From the NCBI RefSeq assembly GCF_006345805.1, contig NC_043003.1, positions 26,722,001-26,786,000 of the forward strand: DNA of 64,000 nt. Reading direction: 5' to 3'. The DNA is from Octopus sinensis. Its lineage: Eukaryota. Shown here piece by piece: positions 26,230 through 38,448 of this stretch. Made by a program: the position numbers and the translations under genes. Below the pieces are notes generated by a model, which was not told the DNA's origin, searched no databases, and saw nothing but the letters and a program-made list of their open reading frames with translations. How positions within the stretch are numbered: position 1 is the stretch's first letter; every line of letters starts with the position of its first letter.

Positions 26230-26700
26230 TATCGTTGTGACAAGTATACATACATACATACATATGTATATACGTACATACATACATATGTACGTATATA
26301 CATATATACATACGTATATACATACATACGTATATGCATACATACGTATATACATATATACATACGTATATACATACATACATACGTATATGCATACGTA
26401 CGTATATACATATATACATACGTATATGCATACATACGTATATACATATATATATATACGTATATACCTACATACATACAGACAGACATATATGCATGCA
26501 TACATATATACATACATACGTATATGCATACATACATACGTATATACATATATACATACGTATATATATATATACATACGCATATGCATACATACATACG
26601 TATATGCATACATACATATATACATATGTACATACATAAATACATATATACACATACATACATACATATATACACACACATACATACATACATACAACTT
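26230..26700. repeat. (TATACATACG)-type degenerate mini/microsatellite
   Basis: Direct reading; source of several long Y/I/T-rich ORFs. Confidence 0.95.
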
Positions 26701-27929
26701 AAGACAGCTGTTACCCGCCAGTCAGTATGGCTTGCTAACATGTACCATGCTTTCGCTAATTGTTTTAGGTGTCTGTATAATTACGAGCAGACAAAGACCC
26801 TTTTTAGGTCTCTGGCCCTTGATCCTGTAGATCATTCAGGATGTGATTTCCGGAGCAAGAGAAAGATGCTCTGGCACTAGGTTGGTACTCATATTCAGCT
26901 GCGTAGACTGTTCAGGAATCGAACCTATGAATCTATAATCGTGAGTCTAACGACCTGATCATAAAGCCACACATCTTGCAGAAGATACATTAAATATATC
27001 TATTTTTTTCCACTTATTTGAGGGAATACAATGAGCTAGCAATTGGTCCATTGCAACTACAGCATTTTATTAAAAGAGAGAAAAAAAAACATGATATAAA
27101 GAAATAAACGTACTTTGGTCTGTTATACAGGGTCACGAACCGTGAAACCTTCTGTCGCTAAGCCAAGGTCCTATTGATTCGGTCGTTCGTGATGTTCCAG
27201 CTTTTTCATTGGCGAACGAAAATCAATTCCTCTTGTGTCATATATCTATCTAACACGTCTCCTTCCAGTATTTATCAGTCTAGCGTGTTTTAACTTAACG
27301 TGTGCCAATCAATTTATGCAATTAGACTAAAAACCGCAGCGACACCTACAGGACAAACTTGAGTACAAACAGATGGTTACAAACTTTACAGTCCAGTGGT
27401 TAACATTTACTAGTCTTATTTCCACAATAGAACACAAGGCCATTTACACATTAGAGAAAGGAGGTTGAGTCGATTTAATCAACTTTCCTATTTGCCTTGA
27501 TTTGATTTTATCGAACTTCCTTTCCTGGGATGATGAACCGCAAGGTTAACCTTGCTAGGTTGGATGGACGTAAAGCTTTGACATAAAGGAACGCAAAAGA
27601 CAAAAAAAAAACGCATTAATATCATTTAGCAGGTTAAAAAGATTAAACTTAATATCAAGGTAATCACAATGATCAGATGTTTCCGCGCTGTCAACTTCTT
27701 ATTTTATGTTTCCAATTATGCAAGGCTTCAATCGATTTCGATCTTTAATCGTCGACAAACATTCTCTTTGTGAATATGTAATAAGTCCTCGATTACTAAA
27801 TTAAATGTATTAATGTTAATTAGACCGGACATTATGGCACTATAGGGAGCAAACATGATGGCTTTCAGGGGTTTTTGTTTCTTTGTTTTTTAAATAACAA
27901 CAATAACGCGGGATATGTTGGATGTTTTT

Positions 27930-28530
27930 TTTCTACTCTAGGCACAAGGCCCAAATTTTGGGGGAGGCAGGGCCAGTCGATTAGATCGACCTCAGTACGC
28001 AACTGGTACTTAATTTCTCGACCCCGAAAGGATGAAAGGCAAAGTCGACCTCGGCAGAATTTGAACTCAGAACATAAAGACAGGCGAAATACCTATTTCT
28101 TTACTACCCACAAGGGGTTAAACACAGAGAGAACAAACAAGGACAGACAAACGAATTAAGTCGATTATATCGACCCCAGAGCGTAACTGGTACTTAATTT
28201 ATCGACCCCGAAAGGATGAAAGGCAAAGTCGACCGCTGCTGAATTTGAACTCAGAACATAAAGACAGGCGAAATACGGCTACGCATTTCGTCCGGCGTGC
28301 TAACATTTCTGCCAGCTCAACACCTTTGTGTCTATAAATACCCTTTGCTACTCTAGGCACGTGGCCTGAAATTTGGGGTTGGCGGTGCCAGTCGATTAGA
28401 TCGACCCCAGTACGCAACTGGTATTTAATTTATCGACCCCGAAAGGATGAAAGGCAAAGTCGACCTCGGCGGAATTTGAACTCAGAACATAAAGACAGAC
28501 GAAATACCGCTAAGCATTTCGCCCGGCCAC
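27930..28530 (-). mobile_element. SINE family A multimer (three bodies)
   Basis: ATCGACCCCGAAAGGATGAAAGGCAAAGTCGACC repeated three times. Confidence 0.9.
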
Positions 28531-28544
28531 TCGCCACTTTGATA

Positions 28545-29715
28545 TGTTGAATGATATTGTCTTAGATATGCTATATCTGAATAAAAGTTGGCATGGTCAC
28601 GGTTGGAGCGAATTTGACCATAGATCGATAATATAGTCCTAACTGATTAGAATATGGGGTGTTCACGGCTGACGGAAATTTAGTTCTGAATCGGTAATAT
28701 ATCCAAAATATACAGCATCTGAATGAATGTTGGGTTGGTCACGACTGGAGAATATTCATTCGTAGGCTTGATTAATCGAAGGCGACATATTGCTGAACAG
28801 CAGCACAATAAGATAATATTGTCCGAGATATACTATGTTTGAATAAAAGTGACAGGATGGTCACTACTGGAGCGCCTTTGATCATAGATCTCTATTATCA
28901 AGACTGATTAGCAGCAACAACAGCAACAACAAAAGATACATTGGATTATATAGCTCAAGATACACCTTGCCTAACTAAAAGATAATCAAACAGAATGGCT
29001 ATGGCTGGAGCGCTTTTTGTCACAAGTCTGACTATTCTGGAGTGATTTAGGGCTAAGCAACAACAGCTACGAAAACATGTTAAAATATATAATCCTGTAT
29101 GAGGGCCATGTCTGGAACGCTTTTGATCATGGCTTTAATTATTCAGGAGTGATGTGAGGTTAAACAGCAACTGCAACAACAATAGCAGCAACAGTAGCAA
29201 AGAAAGCACATTATATCATATAGTCCTAGATACACAATGTCTGACTAAAATAACTACAGACAGGATGGCCATGACTGCAGCGCCTTTCATCTTATTATTC
29301 AGAATTGATATATGAGTTAAGGAATAAAAAGGAAAACACACTGGATTACATAGTCTTAGCTACATTATACTTGAATAAAAAACAAGACAGGGTAGCCATA
29401 GCTGGAGTGCCTCTGATTATTCAGAAGTGATATGTAAGCTAAAGAACAACAAAAACGAAAACACACTGGATTAAATAGATACAATACGGCCGGAGCGCCT
29501 CTAATTGTTTGGTAGTGATATGTGAGCTAAATAACAACAAAAGCGAAAACACATTGCATTAGATAGTCCTAGATACATTATGCCTGAATAAAAAAAACCA
29601 GGATAGCCATAACTGGAGCGCTTCTAGTTATTCAGAGGTAATATGTGAGCTAAAGAACAACAAAAGTGAAAGCACATTGGATTATATAGTCCTAGATATA
29701 TTATGCCAGATTTAT
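28545..29715 (+). repeat. Degenerate tandem array of ~9 retroposon-tail-like units (~70-200 bp)
   Basis: Recurrent GGATTATATAGTCCTAGATAC...CTGAATAAAA...GACAGGATGG..A.GACTGGAGCGC...GCTAAA.AACAACAA. Confidence 0.85.
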
Positions 29716-30228
29716 AAAAAAAAAAAAACACCAAAAAAACAAGTTAGATGACGTGGCATGAGACATGTCTGAGAGGTGGGGGAAGATATTGCGTCATATT
29801 CATACATGTGTTGCCATGTTTCAACGCTTCGCTTCCCAGCAGGGTTGGACGAGTCAAGCAGTCCAGTAATGTCACGACGTCCCGCATAAAATGCAAACAG
29901 CAAAGAAACACAGATAAGGCACGAACCCGCTGCACCTGCCAACGGAGAATCGTGAGCCGGCAGCGAATCTAAAATGCCGTCGTCGTCGTCATTATTGTGG
30001 TCGTTGTTGTCGTAGTCGTCGTCGTCGTCATCATCATCATCATCATCATGATCGCCATCATCATCATCATCAGTATTACTTCCACCACCAACATCGCCAA
30101 TGCCACCACCGCCATCAAACAGCATCACGGCCGCCGTCACTACTACCACCACCACCACCACCACCACCACCACCACCACCATCGTCATCTGCATACTAAG
30201 AAGTGAGACTAAAGACGCACACTTACAT

Positions 30229-30259
<31 letters not shown>

Positions 30260-30302
30260 TACACGCATAGATTCGAACACACAAACTTGAGTAAACACAC
30301 TG

Positions 30303-30336
<34 letters not shown>

Positions 30337-30549
30337 ATAGTTACACATATACATGTGTTTGAACCCGAAACCATGTGGTTGGTAAGCAAGCTACTTACCA
30401 CACAACCACTCCTGCACCTATATACATGTGTGTGTATGTGTGTGTACTTAATACAAGTACATTTACGTACGATATATACATAGTGGTATGTATGCAAAAT
30501 ATATAAGGTGATATGTATGTATTTATGTATGTACGTATGTTAGTGTGTA

Positions 30550-30589
<40 letters not shown>

Positions 30590-30889
30590 TGTGTGTGCGC
30601 GCGCGCCTACAGCCGTTTGGGTTTGACGAGTTTATACTGTTCGGCGTATAGGTGCGAAACCAATGATCACTATATGACCGGCCATAACTTCTATTTTCCT
30701 AAAACATACATTACTGTTCTACTGCTTATATATAAATACACAAACAAATACTTGTTTATTTGTGAATGATATATATGCAATTTGACATCACACTAAAATA
30801 TTACTCAGTACTATTTTGTAGAGATCATATTGATTAACTTATACAATGAAATGGTGAAGATCATAGTAACTTCAAGTCTCACTAGAAAG

Positions 30890-30939
<50 letters not shown>

Positions 30940-31990
30940 TTACTCATTCCATAAGCTCTGTCCAATTTTTAATATAGAAAACTAGTGATAAAATGTTATA
31001 TTTAATTGAAATGTAATCATCAATGTACTTTCCCTGATTATCTATGACTTCCTTCCATCTATTTACAAGCTTTTTAACCCCATTAATGTAAAACTCTTTT
31101 GGTTTCAAAGAGAAGAACTCTGAAATGTCAGTTTGTACCTCCTCCTGGTCTGTGAAAGTTATGTCCCCCAAATGATTTTGTAAACTAAGAAATAAATGAT
31201 AGTCTGACAGAGCAAGGTCGGGAGAATAAGATGGATGAGAAATTTTTTCCCAACCAAGCTCTTCGATCCTCTGTAATGTGATCTTTGCAGTGTGGGGTCA
31301 CGCATTGTCCTGATGAAACATCACCCCTTTTCGATTTACTAAAACGGGTCTGTTTTTCTTCAAAGCTTGGTTGCAACGCTCTAATTACTGACAGTAGACT
31401 TGAGCATTGATTGTTGCATTAGGTGATAACGATTCAAAGTGAATTACTCCTTTGCAATGCCACCAGATAGAGAGAAGAACCCATGAAGTTCCCTTCTCGG
31501 TTGTGGTTGAGCTTTTTCTCTTTTACCAAGCCACTGTTTACGACGTTTCGATGGAAGATCCATTTTCCATCACTTGTCACAAGTGTATCCAAAAATGGTG
31601 AAATGAGTTCACGAGAATAGAGAGAAGAGCAGATGTCAACTCATGATTTGCGGTTGCTTTCGGACAATTCATGAGGCACCCATTTTCCAAGTTTAGGAAC
31701 CTTTCCAAGTTGTTGAAGATGACGATGAACAGTTGTGTGGTTTGACCTAAGCTTTATTGTCAATTCTTCAACTGATAATACAGGATTTTCTTCAAGTAAT
31801 GCCTCAAGGAGCTTATCCTTAAACTCAACTTGACGTCCTGTTCGATCTTTATCTTCAAGGCTGAAATCTCCACTTCTGAATTTTGCAAACCATCTTCTGC
31901 AAGCTCTTTCATTCAAGCATTCTTTCCCATAAAATGAGTGTATGTTTCAAGTCGCTTCGGCTGCAGAGTTTCCTTTTTTGTACTCAGAAT
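30940..31990 (-). mobile_element. Mariner (DD34D-type) transposase pseudogene, copy 1
   Basis: RRWFAKFRSGDFSLED, GKWVPHEL and YSPDLALSDY-like motifs; frameshifted; degenerate TIR at 30940. Confidence 0.92.
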
Positions 31991-32240
31991 GTCCCACGGT
32001 ACGGCCTGTTTGAACTTCTGACAGTTCCAAGGCTTCTTTTGTAAATAGCATGATTAAACAGTGACATATAGAACCTGAAACATAAAAATATCCATTAATA
32101 AGAAATATAAACCTTTACAAGTTAGAATAAACATAACACGATGTTTTATGGTGTGTCTATTTACTTCCGTCATGTCTGTGTATACCTATATTTATGTATG
32201 TATACGAATATATATATACATATATGTTATATATAATATT

Positions 32241-32295
<55 letters not shown>

Positions 32296-32466
32296 TGCAT
32301 ATATACAACTTTAAGACGATTTCGAATATGACGACTTTCCATTTCAGACATATGTTTTTAATAGATTTGTTAATTTTCCCTATTGCTGGTGTTTTATATG
32401 ACCTACCTGCTACAAACTGATTTCAATGCTTAATATATTGAAAAATTATTGACATCATATACCCTG

Positions 32467-32590
<124 letters not shown>

Positions 32591-32895
32591 ATATATATAC
32601 ATATATATACATATATATTATGTATGTATGTGTTTGTGCGTGGTGTGTTTGTGTGTCTGTGTGTTTGTGTGTCTGTGTGTGTGTCTGTGTGTACGTGTAT
32701 ATGCATCATTGAGAACCAAAATGGGTTAATGTTCACTTCAGCTGTCTCAGAGGCGCTTTTTTTTACTAATGAAAACATCAATTACATCATGAAAATCAAA
32801 ATCTGCTTTCTTCAGGTGAATCAAAATGTACACCTAAAATTTAAGATTTGGCACAAAAAGAAAATATGTTGACTCCCTCATCCCGGTGACGATCA

Positions 32896-32946
<51 letters not shown>

Positions 32947-33549
32947 TGTGTGTGTGTATTTATATAGACATATACATACAGTTATCTATATATTTTTTTC
33001 ATACAAATATGAAAATGCTTATCTTTATCTACGTCTGTATGTATGCTTAATCACGCGTATACATATGTACGTATACATACACACCAACACGTATGCACAC
33101 ACACACGCACACATAAGCACACACACACACACACACACACACACCACACACACACATATATACAAATAAATATTCCTTGTTTACAAAATCAAGAAACGTC
33201 ACACTTCCCGAATACTCTTCAGAGAACGGAACAAACAAACTTTGTGAGTCCGTACTTAGAGGGAAATAGCCGAAGAAGAATGGCACGTGTTATTTCGGCG
33301 GAAGAATTTTAATTCGGAAAAATTTTCGGAAAAACTGCCGCACCTGCACTTGAGATAATCATGACTTGAACCATTGCAGATTTTTTTTTACTCGTTTAGA
33401 GAGATCATATCTTTGCGTGTGTGTGTGTGTTGTGTGTGTGTGTGTGTGTGTGTGTGCATGTGTGTACGTGTGTGTGTGTGTGTGTGCGTGTGTATGTGCG
33501 TGCGTACGCGTTTTGGTCTTTTCAGTTCTTTGTTGTTGCTTGTTGTTTG

Positions 33550-34280
33550 TTTAACTACAAAACTTTGGTTGTTGTTGCTGTTGTTGTTGTTGTTGAAGGT
33601 GCTGGCGATAGTGGTGGTGGTATTGGTGGTTGTGGCTGACATGCTAGTTGTGGTAGTGGTAGTGGTGTTGGTGGTGGCGGTGGTGGTGACGATGTTTGTG
33701 TGGTGGTGGTGGTGGTGGTGGTGGTGGTGGTGGTGGTGGTGGTGGTAGTGGTAGTGTTGGTTGTGATGGTGGTGGCGGTGGTCGTCGTCGCTGTCGTCAT
33801 CGCTATCCTGCAGATGGTGTTCGCGATAGTTTCATCTGTGGTGGTGGTAGTAGTAGTAGTAGTAGTTGTAGTATCTTCATCTTGGTGATGATGATTGTTG
33901 TAGTTGGTGTGATGGTAGCGGTGGTGGGTGTGATAGTGATGGTGGTGGTGGTGGTGGTGGACATGGTCGAAGTGGTGGTCGTGACGGTCGTGTTAGTTGA
34001 TGTTTTGCTTTTGTTGTTGTTGTTGTTGTTGTTGTTATTGTTGTTGTTGTTGTTGTTGGTGGTGGTGGTTGTGGTGGTGATGTTGGTGGCGCTGGTGAGG
34101 GTGGGGTGCTAGTGATTTTGGTGGTGGTGGTGCTGGTTTTGGTGGTGCTGGTGTTGGTGGTGGTGGTGGTGGTGCTGGTGGTGCTAGTGGTTTTGGTGGT
34201 GGTGGTGGTGGTGGCGGTACTGGTACTGGTGGTTGTGCTGGTGGTCATGATGTGGATGTTGTTGAAGTTGTGTTTTCAAA
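33550..34280. repeat. (GGT)n/(TTG)n low-complexity tract
   Basis: Direct reading. Confidence 0.95.
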
Positions 34281-34379
34281 GAGATTATAAACCAAATCCA
34301 ACAACAACTTTACAATGTTTCTTTCTTGTAAACATTATAGCAAACATATGCACATTATGCGCACACACACACACACATA

Positions 34380-34430
<51 letters not shown>

Positions 34431-34637
34431 CATACACACATATACACATACATATGTGTTTTAAAAAAAACACCTTTACTGCTATCTGTCTCTGTCGCTT
34501 TCTTCCTCACAGCCTGCTCTCTCTCTCTCTCTCCCTGTCTCTATGCATGTATGTATATATACGAGTGTACAATACGTACTGCGTAGTGTTTTTATAAAAT
34601 AATGTCTTAGTTATACATAAGTAAGTATAAAGATTGC

Positions 34638-34673
<36 letters not shown>

Positions 34674-34707
34674 ACACACACACACAAATATATATATGCA
34701 TTTATTA

Positions 34708-34768
<61 letters not shown>

Positions 34769-34776
34769 GATAGATA

Positions 34777-34876
34777 NNNNNNNNNNNNNNNNNNNNNNNN
34801 NNNNNNNNNNNNNNNNNNNNNNNNNNNNNNNNNNNNNNNNNNNNNNNNNNNNNNNNNNNNNNNNNNNNNNNNNNNN
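34777..34876. other. Assembly gap (100 N)
   Basis: Run of 100 N. Confidence 0.99.
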
Positions 34877-34971
34877 TAAAAGACTTTTATCAATTCCAGA
34901 GCGTTATACAATACATCTGTTTGTTTTGTACGCCACCTGTCTCCACACACACACCACACACACACCACACA

Positions 34972-35013
<42 letters not shown>

Positions 35014-35059
35014 CTTTAGCTTACAATTTCTTTCTTTCAACAATTGACAACTGAAGTAC

Positions 35060-35520
35060 GCTCGCAAATTAATACTACCAAAACTTAGCGACAGAAAGTA
35101 AATTAAAATTTCAATTTATAAAATAGAATGGAATGTACTTCGAAAAATCATAGGTAAATTCCAATTGAAGAAAGTGTGTGAGGAGTAAATCGTTATGTAT
35201 TTATTTGTTTCTGTTTCCTGTGTTTTTTTTTTTTGAGTAGTGGTTGAAGGTACACTTGCAAAGAGAAAGTAGGAGAAAGTGTGGTAATAGAAGGAGTGAA
35301 GCAGTTGAAATTAGAGAGGCAAATCGTAAAATATTTAGTTTTCTCGAATTTTTTTAATTGGGGTCAAATTGAAAAAACTTTATATGCCATGACCCAATCG
35401 AATCTACTTCGAAAAATCATAGGTAAATTCCAAATGAAGAAATTCTATATTGTACAATTGTATTAAAAACAAACTATGTCAGAGGCAGAGAAAATTTGCC
35501 TTTTATCATAAGAGATATAT
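35060..35520. mobile_element. Possible Helentron/HINE-like non-autonomous element
   Basis: Internal direct repeat TACTTCGAAAAATCATAGGTAAATTCCAA (twice); end TGCCTTTTATCATAAGAGAT. Confidence 0.3.
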
Positions 35521-36029
35521 ATTACAAATTGAGATAGGGGTTGTGAGTGCAACGTATGTAGTTATGTATGTAAGCATGTCTGTATGTATGTAAGCTTGTA
35601 TTTTCTGTACCTTGGTTTATCTATGTATATATGTGTAAGCGCACATATACGTGTGTATGTATGTAAGTGTATCCTAACAAACCAACCGTAACGAAGACAA
35701 TTGAAATTCAAATGTGCCAGACAATCGTATTGAGCTTTCAATCTTAAATTATTTCTAAACTTACTACTAAAAATATATATCACCGTCAAAACTCTGACGT
35801 GTATGCATTTATATGCATGGACACTTCTGGATTTTGCTATGATGTAAATCAATATTTTTTATTTTATATGTGTTTGCTGATCTATAATGTTTTGTATTGT
35901 ACTGTATTATTGTTGTTATTATTATGTTACTATCTCACCATATTATGCTGTTGATGTATTATATGAGATTTTTTCCGCCTAATATGTACTGTGAATGACG
36001 TGATGCACATATTATTTTACTGGCATTAT

Positions 36030-36098
<69 letters not shown>

Positions 36099-36395
36099 TA
36101 ATATTAATGGCATTTTGTAACTTAATATAATGAACTCTTGACTTTGTATATGTACATTTGTATATAGATATGTGTATGCTTGTATATTATTATAATATTC
36201 TAATATATTGATTTGACTAACTCTAACATTATATATATGTATGTATATTATTATATATTATTATGTATATACGTATATATATATAGGTGCATGTGTATAT
36301 ACGCTTATATGTATGTGTATATTATATATTATGTATATGTACTCATTCTTGTATGGGTGTACCTTCTCTGATATTCATATTAGATTGTACTTTAT

Positions 36396-36516
36396 TCTCT
36401 GAAGAGGCCTTGGGATATATTTGTGTCTCATTTATAACCACATATTAACTTATCACACCTGGATAATATGAGCATAATGAGATACTCATATCTACATGGC
36501 TGAAACAGCTGTAAGA
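36396..36516 (+). ncRNA. Type I hammerhead with elongated stem II
   Basis: TCT-CTGAAGA-GGCC...(88 nt)...GGCT-GAAAC-AGCT-GTA|AGA; palindromic stem III ACAGCTGT. Confidence 0.75.
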
Positions 36517-36707
36517 TATAGTCTATATTTATATTTATATTTATTTATACATATTGTACTTATTGTATCATATTACTCATTGATATGCATTGTTTTGTTC
36601 TGTACTATTATGTTTGACCTTAATGTTCACATGTAGTTGATTAATAAATTATGTGAATGGGTATTATCTGGTAGTTGATTATTGATTAAGGTGTATTTCT
36701 CCATTTT

Positions 36708-36767
<60 letters not shown>

Positions 36768-36784
36768 ATTTATGCGTGTCTCTG

Positions 36785-37500
36785 TGTCTGTGTTTGTTTT
36801 CCCACCATCGCTCGACAACATGATGCTGGTGTGTTTATGCTCTCGAAACCTAGAGGTTCGGCAAAAGGACAGATAAAATAAGCACTAGGCTTACACAGAG
36901 TAAGTCCTGGGGGCGATTTCTGCGACTTAAACCCGTTAATGTGGTGCTCCAGCATGGCCGCAATCAAATAACTGAAACGTGTAAAAGAATAAAAGAATGA
37001 AAAAAAAAAAAAATATATATATATATATATATAGGCGTTGGAGTGGCTGTGTGGTAAGTAGCTTGTTTACTCTCATGTGACTATGGCCTGCTGGAGCACC
37101 GCCTTTAGTCGAGCAAATCGCCCCCAGGACTTATTCTTTGTAAGCCTAGTACTTATTCTATCGGTCTCTTTTGCTGAACCGCTAAGTTACGGGGACGTAA
37201 ACACACAGCATCGGTTGTCAAGCGATGTTAGGGGTGGGTGGGGGACAAACACAGACACACAAACATGTACACACACATACATACATACATATATATATAT
37301 ATTATATATATATACATACGACGTGCTTCTTTCAGTTTCCGCCTACCAAATCCACTCACAAAGCTTTGGTCGGCCCGGGGCTATAGTAGAAGACACTTGC
37401 CCAAGGTGTCACCCAGTGGGACTTAACCTGGAACCATGTGGTTGGTAAGCAAGCTACTTACCACGCAGCCACGCCTACGGCTATAGCTACTTACCACACA
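36785..37500. mobile_element. SINE family B pieces (plus 3' half, plus head, minus full copy)
   Basis: Matches 16649-17090. Confidence 0.85.
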
Positions 37501-37519
37501 GCCACTCCTACGCCTATGT

Positions 37520-38000
37520 TCATGAAGTGGCCATGAAGTTTTTCTTTTGACCTTGTTAAGTAACTAATTTGCATGGGTAAAACGCCTTTCCTGTGTATTT
37601 GCAGATAAGTATTGGCCTCTCCCCAGTACATAGGACTTGTATCGAATGTCCTCGTACACAACATCTATGATAGCCCCACTCTGACATTTTAAGTTCTTTC
37701 GCGATAGCCCACATTGATATCCGGGAACATCACCGATAATGCTTTGAATCTGTTGGGTGAATTACAGTGTCCTTACAATGTCGCTTAGTGTCCGAACATT
37801 TACCATTGAAAATAATATCCTCAAAGGCTTTCAACTCCATTGAAACTTTGAATACAAAAGAGCTTGCAGCATTTAGGAAGTTAGCAATTTTAAAGTCGGT
37901 GAGATCCCCATATACGACAACAATGCCTGCTAGCCGTTTCATTTCTTCTGTCAGTATTTCATCTACCCTAGGGTATCTAGAAAACAAAACAAAGCATTTA
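37520..38000 (-). mobile_element. maT/DD37D-like (Tc1-mariner) transposase N-terminal fragment
   Basis: MKRLAGIVV...FKIANFLNAASSFVFKV, SMWAIAKELKMS and VVYEDIRYKSYVLGRGQYLSA across frameshifts. Confidence 0.8.
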
Positions 38001-38357
38001 ACTGGTTTAACGAGTGTGATATACTGATAATTAAGTGTCATCAATGCCTTTTCGCACCGCAAGTTAATCGTTTTTTCACGCAGTATATGATAATTGTTGG
38101 TATCATGCGAGGTTGCTTTATGAATTAACCAGGATCTGAGCAACTAAAGAATTAACTATTTCATGTGTCAACCAAAACTTACGATTATCTTAGGAAGACT
38201 GTAAAAAAAAAATTCGTTCAGATTACCCAGGAAATGGGGCTAAAGTATGTGACACCTGTACACACGCCACAAAATAAACCTTTACGAACATGGATAGTAG
38301 AATTGTAGCTCCACAATGCCTACCATATGTATGTGTGTATTAATAAGTATGCGCGCA

Positions 38358-38445
<88 letters not shown>

Positions 38446-38448
<3 letters not shown>

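Noticed and set aside
28545-29715. CRISPR-like array
   Set aside because: Units are long, degenerate and lack unique spacers; eukaryotic context; no cas genes
29894-29902. miR-124 8-mer site (GTGCCTTA, minus strand; TAAGGCACG at ~29915 on plus)
   Set aside because: Roughly one such 8-mer is expected by chance in 128 kb of both strands; no evidence of a 3' UTR
34700-34900. Any linkage across the N gaps
   Set aside because: Gap size is a placeholder, so adjacency is not informative
37804-37976. 173-nt exon-like segment with good splice signals and weak M13-peptidase-like spacing
   Set aside because: Downstream frames continue as a maT/DD37D transposase (SMWAIAKELK, EDIRYKSY), so it is a transposon N-terminus
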